Source: Candidatus Fermentibacteraceae bacterium (GTDB taxonomy: Bacteria; Fermentibacterota; Fermentibacteria; Fermentibacterales; JCC-6). Taken from it: a DNA stretch of 64,000 bases. Every line of letters begins with the position of its first letter. The stretch's first letter is position 1. Of the stretch, positions 57,857-64,000 are shown one piece after another. The DNA is taken from NCBI GenBank assembly GCA_027067855.1, contig JAMOUX010000025.1, positions 11,228 through 75,227 on the forward strand. The letters run 5' to 3'. A program made the translations under genes and the position numbers. Under the pieces are notes generated by a model, which saw only the letters and a program-made list of their open reading frames with translations, ran no database searches and was not told where the DNA came from.

Positions 57857-59174
57857 TTCCGACGGCCTTATGAAAAAACTCGTTTCGCTCTGCAAAAGAA
57901 GAGGATACGTTTTCCCGTCCGGTGAAATATACGGGGGATTGCAGTCTTCCTGGGACTACGGTCCCCTGGGCGTGGAACTCAAGAGGAACATAGAGTCCAA
58001 GTGGTGGGAATATATGGTCTCCACCAGGTCGAACGTAACGGGCATGGATACCGCCATCATTACCCATCCCCGGGTCTGGGAAGCCTCGGGGCACCTAGAG
58101 CACTTCCACGATCCCCTGGTGGACTGCCTGAAATGCAAAAGCAGGTTCAGGCAGGACCATGTCCGGGGAAACGTGTGTCCCGACTGCGGGGGGGAGCTGA
58201 CCGAACCCAGGGATTTCGGCCTGATGTTCAAGACATCCGTCGGAGCCGTGGAGGATGATTCGTCCATCGTATACTTAAGGCCGGAGACCTGCCAGTCCAT
58301 CTTTGTCAATTTCCGGAACGTCGTGACCGCTACCAGGATGAAGCTTCCCTTCGGTATAGCGCAGACCGGCAAGGCTTTCAGAAACGAGATAACGGCGAGA
58401 AACTTCGTCTTCAGATCCAGAGAATTCGAGCAGATGGAGATGGAGTTCTTCTGTCGTCCCGGGGAAGCCGACCGGTGGTTCGACTATTGGACGGAAGAGA
58501 GACTGCGGTGGTACGCGGAACTGGGGATACGGGAGGAAAATCTCCGGATCCGCAGGCACGAGGAATCGGAACTGGCCCACTACGCCAAAGCGTGCGTGGA
58601 CATCGAGTACACTTTCCCCTTCACCGGCGATGGTTGGGGAGAACTTGAGGGTATCGCCAACAGGACGGACTACGATCTGAGAGCACACATGAACGCCAGC
58701 GGGCAGGATCTCTCTTTCCATGACCAGGCATCCAACGAGAAAATCGTTCCCTGGGTGGTTGAAACCAGCGGCGGCATAGGCAGAACCTTCCTGGCCGTCC
58801 TGTTGGACGCCTACCGGGAAGAAACGGTGGAAGGAAGGGAGAGGGTCGTGCTCGGCCTTCACAGGGACCTGGCTCCCATCAAGGTAGCGGTGCTGCCACT
58901 GTCCCGGAAACTTTCGGAACAGGCGGAAGAGGTGTTCCGCATGGTAAGTCCCCACTTCCCGGCGACCTTCGACGTGACCGGATCCATAGGCAAACGCTAT
59001 CGCAGGATGGACGAGGCCGGAACCCCGTTCTGCGTCACCTTGGACTTCGATTCCCTGGAAGACGGCGCGGTGACAATCAGGGAAAGAGATTCACTGGATC
59101 AGGTCAGGGTTCCCATCAGTACCCTGGTGGAAAAGCTGACGAAGATAATGGAACGAGGCTGGCCGGAAGGGTGA
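57846..59174 (+). CDS. glyQS: Glycyl-tRNA synthetase (alpha2 homodimeric type)
   Basis: 442 aa. N-terminus LCKRRGYVFPSGEIYGGLQSSWDYGPLG, class II motifs and an anticodon-binding C-terminus. 11-nt overlap with recO. Confidence 0.9.
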   Translation: MTADSDGLMKKLVSLCKRRGYVFPSGEIYGGLQSSWDYGPLGVELKRNIESKWWEYMVSTRSNVTGMDTAIITHPRVWEASGHLEHFHDPLVDCLKCKSRFRQDHVRGNVCPDCGGELTEPRDFGLMFKTSVGAVEDDSSIVYLRPETCQSIFVNFRNVVTATRMKLPFGIAQTGKAFRNEITARNFVFRSREFEQMEMEFFCRPGEADRWFDYWTEERLRWYAELGIREENLRIRRHEESELAHYAKACVDIEYTFPFTGDGWGELEGIANRTDYDLRAHMNASGQDLSFHDQASNEKIVPWVVETSGGIGRTFLAVLLDAYREETVEGRERVVLGLHRDLAPIKVAVLPLSRKLSEQAEEVFRMVSPHFPATFDVTGSIGKRYRRMDEAGTPFCVTLDFDSLEDGAVTIRERDSLDQVRVPISTLVEKLTKIMERGWPEG

Positions 59175-59194
59175 GGGGTCACTTTCTTTCAACC

Positions 59195-59986
59195 TCAGAC
59201 GACGTCCCGGTCGGCACCATAACTGCAGATCAGGTCCAGCATTCCGGGAACGCCCGCCGGGGAATATTCCGGTTCCAGGTGATCCGGGGACAGGCCGCGG
59301 ACCCGCAACAGCGCCTCGGCATAGGCCGCCCTGGTCCTCGCATATCTGCCCGAAGCCGTCACCAACCCGGTGATGCCCCGGGAAAGCAGGTCGGGAAGCA
59401 GGTCCACCAGCCATGAAATCGGCGTGTGATTCCTCCAACTGTCCACCCATACCTTTTTCACTTTCCCGGAGAGAATATCCTGGGAAAACGTTGTTTTCGG
59501 AGACGACACCTCGCCGCAAAGCACCGAAGTCCTGACCACCAGCGCCCCGGGGTGAAGGCGCGTCACGAAACGGTCGGCCAGCAGCTTGGTCCAACCATAA
59601 AACGACAGGGGCACCGCCGGTGAACCCTCGTTGTAGGGAGGATTACCGCCGCTATACACCAGGTCCGTCGAAAAATGCAACAGGGGAACTTTCCTCTTTC
59701 CGCATTCCACGGCCAACAGAGCGGGCCACAGGGTATTGACGGTAAAGGCTTCCCGGGGCTTTCGGGAACATTCGCTTCTCGATGACATGGCCGCGGCGTT
59801 GACCACCATGTCGAAATCCGTATCCGGTATCTTCCGCCTGTCTTCCCGTTTACGGATATCGAAACGTCGATCGCCGCTTCCCGCGCCCGTCACGGTAACG
59901 ATGTTCCATTTCCCTGCAAGCCTCCCGGCGATCGTCGACCCAAGCCTTCCCGAGGCCCCGATCAAGAGGACCTTCGGTTCGTTCAA
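59195..59986 (-). CDS. RmlD-like NAD(P)-dependent reductase (dTDP-4-dehydrorhamnose reductase family)
   Basis: 263 aa. Rossmann motif LLIGASGRLGS, YxxxK catalytic motif (FYGWTK) and an RmlD substrate-binding-like C-terminus. Confidence 0.7.
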   Translation of the reverse strand: MNEPKVLLIGASGRLGSTIAGRLAGKWNIVTVTGAGSGDRRFDIRKREDRRKIPDTDFDMVVNAAAMSSRSECSRKPREAFTVNTLWPALLAVECGKRKVPLLHFSTDLVYSGGNPPYNEGSPAVPLSFYGWTKLLADRFVTRLHPGALVVRTSVLCGEVSSPKTTFSQDILSGKVKKVWVDSWRNHTPISWLVDLLPDLLSRGITGLVTASGRYARTRAAYAEALLRVRGLSPDHLEPEYSPAGVPGMLDLICSYGADRDVV

Positions 59987-60412
59987 TCAGTCCGTCCTTC
60001 CGCCCGGAACCCTGACAAAGGTACCCCGTGCCTCCGCCTTTTTCTCCCCGTCCTGCAGAACCCGGGCTTCAAGCCTGACCAGCCGCCCGGGGGTTTCCAC
60101 CACTCCGGCCCTCACCTCCACCGGCCTGCCGGTGACCACGGGTTTCCTGAACCTCACCGTTATTTCCACCGTGGCGCAGAAGCCCGCTATGCTCATGGCG
60201 GCGTAGGCCATGGCCTCATCCATGAGAGTGGAAAGGAGTCCGCCGTGCACGACGCCCAGATAACCCTGGTGCCGCTTGTCGGGAACCCACTTGATGAAAC
60301 CTTCTCCGTCCTTACCTTCGGGTTTCAGCCTGAGACCGAAATCGTTCCTCTCGCCGCATACGAAGCAGTGCCGGTCGTCGTTGAACTCTTCCCGGCTGTT
60401 TCGCCCGTCCAT
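59987..60412 (-). CDS. PaaI/YbgC-type hotdog-fold thioesterase
   Basis: 141 aa. Motif HQGYLGVVHGGLLSTLMDEAM typical of PaaI thioesterases. Confidence 0.75.
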   Translation of the reverse strand: MDGRNSREEFNDDRHCFVCGERNDFGLRLKPEGKDGEGFIKWVPDKRHQGYLGVVHGGLLSTLMDEAMAYAAMSIAGFCATVEITVRFRKPVVTGRPVEVRAGVVETPGRLVRLEARVLQDGEKKAEARGTFVRVPGGRTD

Positions 60413-60414
60413 TT

Positions 60415-61503
60415 TTACAGGAACTCCCCGGACTTCGATACCAGGTACTCAAAGATACCGTCGGTGCCCACCACTATGCTGGTGGAATCTCTCGTTATCT
60501 CTTTCAGGGTTTCCAGGGACTTTACGAATTCGTAGAAATCGGGGTAGCCGCTGTACGCCTTCGCGTATATGGCTGCGGCGGTGCTGTCCGCCTTACCCCG
60601 TATGGTGAGCGCCGTACGTTGGGCCGCGGCCCTTATCGAATCCACCTGCAAATCCGTGTTGGCGATTATCACGTCGGACATCCGTCGACCCTCGGCCCTG
60701 TACCTGTTGGAAATCCTATTGCGCTCCGCCTGCATCCTGGCGAAGACAGCAGCCTGGTTCTCCTCGGGAAGATCCGCCCGCTTGATCCTCACATCTATTA
60801 TGTAGATGCCGTATTCGGCGGCCATTCTCCTGCTGGTGGCGGCCACTCTCTCCAGTATGTTCATTCTTCCCTGGCCCGGTGGCATCCTCACCATTCTTAT
60901 GGTCTCCGCTATTTCCCCGGCGGCATCTATCTCTATCTCCTCCAGGGTGTCCGAATACGTGACGTTATTCACGAGCCTGACGTAGTCACCGATACCGATG
61001 GGGTCGTTGGTGCTTCTCACGATCTGTATCAGCGTACTCTTACCCAGCTCCTGGCGTATCGTCGAGTAGATGATGTCGTCCAGCCTGCTGAGAGCCGCCG
61101 TCTCGGCTCTCACGCTGGTGAGGAACAGCAGGGGATTGTTTATTCTCCACCTCGCGTAGCAATCCACTTTTATGTGTTTCTTGTCTTTTGTAACCACGTC
61201 GGCCGGGGGATCGTCGTATTCCAGTATCCTGTCGTCGAATATCCTCACCTGCTGCAGGAACGGAATTTTGAAATAAAGGCCGGCGCCCTGGCTCAGGGCC
61301 ACTCCCGGCGAGTTCTCATGCATCCACTCTTTCAGTTCGGCCAGTTTCCCGGGTTCCCTTCCACCGACTATCACACGTACCGGATCGCCGAACTGCAGTA
61401 TGACCGCCTGCTGCGTCTCGGTCACCACGAAGAAAGCTCCGAAAACAACCAGCAGCGCAAATATCACCACGAGACCGGTTATCAACATTCTGAGCTTTCT
61501 CAT
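60415..61503 (-). CDS. hflC: Protease modulator HflC (SPFH/band-7)
   Basis: 362 aa. N-terminal TM and SPFH domain. Alignable to E. coli HflC (LHFKIPF, VTKDKKHIKVDCYARWRI). Confidence 0.8.
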   Translation of the reverse strand: MRKLRMLITGLVVIFALLVVFGAFFVVTETQQAVILQFGDPVRVIVGGREPGKLAELKEWMHENSPGVALSQGAGLYFKIPFLQQVRIFDDRILEYDDPPADVVTKDKKHIKVDCYARWRINNPLLFLTSVRAETAALSRLDDIIYSTIRQELGKSTLIQIVRSTNDPIGIGDYVRLVNNVTYSDTLEEIEIDAAGEIAETIRMVRMPPGQGRMNILERVAATSRRMAAEYGIYIIDVRIKRADLPEENQAAVFARMQAERNRISNRYRAEGRRMSDVIIANTDLQVDSIRAAAQRTALTIRGKADSTAAAIYAKAYSGYPDFYEFVKSLETLKEITRDSTSIVVGTDGIFEYLVSKSGEFL

Positions 61504-62492
61504 CGCGCACCTCCCCCCAGGCCGTAATGGGTCAGGGCGCCGGCGGATTCATCCACCACCATGATCCTGACTCCCGCAAGTATCTCCGAGATCGTTTCCA
61601 TGTGGAGCCTTACCGCCGTGACTCCCGGGTTCTTCCCGTATTCCTGGGCCAGGGCGGTGAACCTTTCCGCCTCACCCATGGCGGTGTTCACTCGCAGGGC
61701 GCTGTAACCCAGGGCGGAATTCACCATTTCCACGGAATCGGCCCTTGCCTGTGGTATCTGCTGGTTCCTGTAACTCTCGGCCTCGTTTATGTAGGCCTGC
61801 ATGTCTTCCCTGGCCGTGGCCACGTCCTTGAAGGCGGCGAACACCGGGGCCGGGGGCTGCACGTCCATGAGCTGGACCGCCACGGTTCTCACACCCAGGT
61901 CGTACTGGTCGGCCAATTCCTGTATCATGTCCATTATCCTGGTCTGGACCTCGAGTTTTCCGGTGGTGAGAACCGCATCTATGGCGTTGTCGCCTACCAC
62001 GAGCCTGGTACTCGCCTCGGCGATGTCCTTGAGGGTTCCCTTCTGGTCCCTGACGTTGAACAGCCAGGCTACCGGATCGCTTATTTTGTACTGCACAATG
62101 ATAGCCACGTTTATGATGTTCTCATCCCCGGTGAGCATCTGGGCTTCCGTCAGCATGCTCTTGTCGTTAGTGAAACTTATATAGGTGGGCGGGTTCTCGG
62201 TCACCGTCCTGAATCCTATCTCTATCCTTTCTATGACGTCCACTGCGGGCTTGTAGACCACCTGGATCGGCCAAGGCAGTTTGAAATGCAGCCCCGGAGC
62301 GGTAGTCGACGTGTACCGTCCGAAAGTCAGCACCACCCCGGCTTCCTCAGGATCGACCACGTAGAGCGGCCCTCCCAGGAGGAACCAGAGGACGACTACA
62401 AGAACCAGGAAACCCACCTTGAACTTCTTCGGAATCAGGGGGCCGGTTCTCAATATTCTCATCTCTCCATCCTTCCTTGTGACCCGGTTCAC
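61500..62492 (-). CDS. hflK: Protease modulator HflK (SPFH/band-7)
   Basis: 330 aa. TM plus SPFH domain alignable to E. coli HflK (GVVLTFGRY ... PGLHFK; AAFKDVATAREDMQAYINEAESY). 4-nt overlaps on both sides. Confidence 0.8.
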   Translation of the reverse strand: MNRVTRKDGEMRILRTGPLIPKKFKVGFLVLVVVLWFLLGGPLYVVDPEEAGVVLTFGRYTSTTAPGLHFKLPWPIQVVYKPAVDVIERIEIGFRTVTENPPTYISFTNDKSMLTEAQMLTGDENIINVAIIVQYKISDPVAWLFNVRDQKGTLKDIAEASTRLVVGDNAIDAVLTTGKLEVQTRIMDMIQELADQYDLGVRTVAVQLMDVQPPAPVFAAFKDVATAREDMQAYINEAESYRNQQIPQARADSVEMVNSALGYSALRVNTAMGEAERFTALAQEYGKNPGVTAVRLHMETISEILAGVRIMVVDESAGALTHYGLGGGAR

Positions 62493-63841
62493 ATCTCCTT
62501 CAATTTCCTTTGCAGAGTCCTTCTGCCTATTCCCAGAAGTTCCGCCGTCCTGGTCCTGTTTCCTCCCGTTATCTCCAGGGTCTTGAGAATCACCTGCTTC
62601 TCCAGTTCATCCAGGGTAAGCGGAAGCTCCAGCGTTATCGCGGTCGAATCACCCCCGGAAGGCAGGCCTGCTATCTCCCCGGGAAGATCATCCACGTCTA
62701 TCACCGTGCCCGCGATTATCAGCAGGCTTTCCATCAGGTTCTTCAGCTGCCTCACATTCCCGGGCCAGTTGTACGAAATCAGCTTAGCCAGGGCTTCGGG
62801 CGTCAGTTCCGGCATGGGCAGGTTGTGTTTCTCCGACGCCTGCCTAAGGAAGAACATGGCAAGTATGGGAATATCCTTCCTCCTGTTCCTGAGGGGAGGG
62901 ATGTGTATCTCCACAACCTTGAGCCTGTAGTAAAGGTCTTCCCGGAACGTCCCCCTTTTCACAGCCGCTTTCAGGTCCCTGTTGGTCGCCGCGATGAGTC
63001 GCACGTTCACCGGTCTCGGCTGATTGCCGCCGAGCCTAGTCACCACGTTTTCCTCCAGGATTCTAAGCAATTTAACTTGTATCTCCAGGGGAATTTCGCC
63101 TATTTCGTCCAGGAGAAGGGTACCGCCTTCCGCAGCTTCGAATTTTCCTTTCCTTGCGATATCCGCACCGGTGTAAGCTCCCCTTTCGTGACCGAAAAGT
63201 TCGTCCTCCAGCAGGGTGGCGGGTATCGCAGCGCAATTCAGGGCCACGAAGGGACCGCCTCTGCCGCTCATGGTGTGTATCTGCCTGGCCAATACATCTT
63301 TGCCCGTACCACTCTCTCCGGTCACGAGCACCGTGGCTTTCAGAGGAGCCACCTTCCGGGCCTTGAACACCACTTCTCCCATGATCTTGCTTCTGTACAG
63401 GAGCTGGGGAATATCATGGGTCTGCGACATTTCCAGGCTGACCCTTCTCTCATGCACCCTGATGGAATGGGAAAAGGCCCGCCTTATGGCGGATTTCACC
63501 GTTTCCAGGTCATCGTAGCGCAAAACGACGTCCGCCGCTCCGGATTTCATCCACGCAACGGCGTCTTCGGTATCTATTCCCTTGCCGTACACCACGGTCC
63601 CGGTTGGAATGTTGGACTCACGCAGGTTCTCCAGGAAAACCGAAATCTGCATGTCACCTATGGTGGACGACAGCATTATCGCGTTGACCGACCGGTGTCT
63701 CATCTTCCGTATGGCCTGCCGGGCACTGTCCAGCACCTGAGCATCGTACCCGATGGAGGAGACCAGGTTTTTCATCCTCCCGCCTCTCTCCGGGTTCTCG
63801 TCGGCAATGAGTACCGTTCCTTTCCCAAGCGCCGTTATCAT
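62489..63841 (-). CDS. Sigma54-dependent transcriptional activator (NtrC/Fis family) with a degenerate (pseudo-)receiver domain
   Basis: AAA+ domain with Walker A GESGTGKD, the sigma54-contact motif GAYTGA and a C-terminal Fis-type HTH. In the N-terminal REC-like domain the phospho-acceptor position is Ser (AIMLSS), the Thr position is Tyr and the Lys position is Arg. Confidence 0.85.
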   Translation of the reverse strand: MITALGKGTVLIADENPERGGRMKNLVSSIGYDAQVLDSARQAIRKMRHRSVNAIMLSSTIGDMQISVFLENLRESNIPTGTVVYGKGIDTEDAVAWMKSGAADVVLRYDDLETVKSAIRRAFSHSIRVHERRVSLEMSQTHDIPQLLYRSKIMGEVVFKARKVAPLKATVLVTGESGTGKDVLARQIHTMSGRGGPFVALNCAAIPATLLEDELFGHERGAYTGADIARKGKFEAAEGGTLLLDEIGEIPLEIQVKLLRILEENVVTRLGGNQPRPVNVRLIAATNRDLKAAVKRGTFREDLYYRLKVVEIHIPPLRNRRKDIPILAMFFLRQASEKHNLPMPELTPEALAKLISYNWPGNVRQLKNLMESLLIIAGTVIDVDDLPGEIAGLPSGGDSTAITLELPLTLDELEKQVILKTLEITGGNRTRTAELLGIGRRTLQRKLKEM

Positions 63842-64000
63842 TTACCGGCACCGTCCTTCCTGAGCAAAAAGGGCGGCATGATCAGCACGTCTATCCCAGT
63901 GCCGTAAAAGCATCTGATGGCATCCACCGGAGTATCGACTATGGGTTCGCCCCTGACGTTGAACGAAGTGTTGAGCACCACCGGGACTCCCGTCTTATCA
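63838..64000 (-). CDS. Carbamoyltransferase (NodU/CmcH family), C-terminal end only; the N-terminus lies beyond the window
   Basis: I translated the minus strand by hand to [53 protein letters not shown]. LNTSFNxxGEPIV is the hallmark of the carbamoyltransferase C-terminal domain. The stop overlaps the downstream ATG (ATGA). Confidence 0.6.
   Translation of the reverse strand, partial: DKTGVPVVLNTSFNVRGEPIVDTPVDAIRCFYGTGIDVLIMPPFLLRKDGAGK

Noticed and set aside
1-64000. CRISPR arrays, rRNA genes, transposases/integrases, prophage or restriction-modification genes
   Set aside because: Scanned both strands for regularly spaced repeats and for the characteristic protein families. None were found. 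The window looks like core chromosome.

Overview
This is a 64 kb, gene-dense window of high-GC (about 60%) bacterial chromosome. I call 62 protein-coding genes (two are truncated by the window edges) and one tRNA-Glu(CUC), and I find no rRNA, CRISPR array, transposase or integrase.

Gene content:
- Core metabolism: pyruvate kinase, malic enzyme, two-subunit class I fumarase, sucCD, glnA, ispG.
- Information processing: gltX plus tRNA-Glu, glyQS, rho-rpmE-DUF1385-prfA-prmC, rnd, nth, recO, AddAB, and phoH-yqfF-ybeY-corC.
- A complete preQ0/preQ1 queuosine-precursor cluster: folE2-queD-queE-queC and queF.
- Envelope and secreted proteins.

Notable points:
- Two clan-CD cysteine peptidases (one C25 gingipain-like, one C13/legumain-like) end in T9SS-type (Por) C-terminal sorting domains. 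Together with the FCB-style gene content, this suggests a Fibrobacteres-Chlorobi-Bacteroidetes-superphylum or related candidate-phylum organism; that is an inference only.
- A TPP (THI-box) riboswitch sits upstream of thi4. The ORF track does not show it, and it moves the likely thi4 start.
- The 3' end of the window is a tightly coupled six-gene operon: a carbamoyltransferase, a sigma54 activator with a degenerate receiver, hflK, hflC, a PaaI thioesterase and an RmlD-like reductase.
- A multi-TM GGDEF protein carries a degenerate GG(D/E)EF motif (GPDSF).
- Several start codons are non-ATG: rpmE TTG, pyk GTG, the GGDEF gene TTG, thi4 GTG, recO GTG.
- Many long ORFs antisense to real genes are GC-driven artefacts.

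Coordinates of non-CDS features are approximate to within a few nt. All calls come from reading the sequence and ORF translations; no database search was run.
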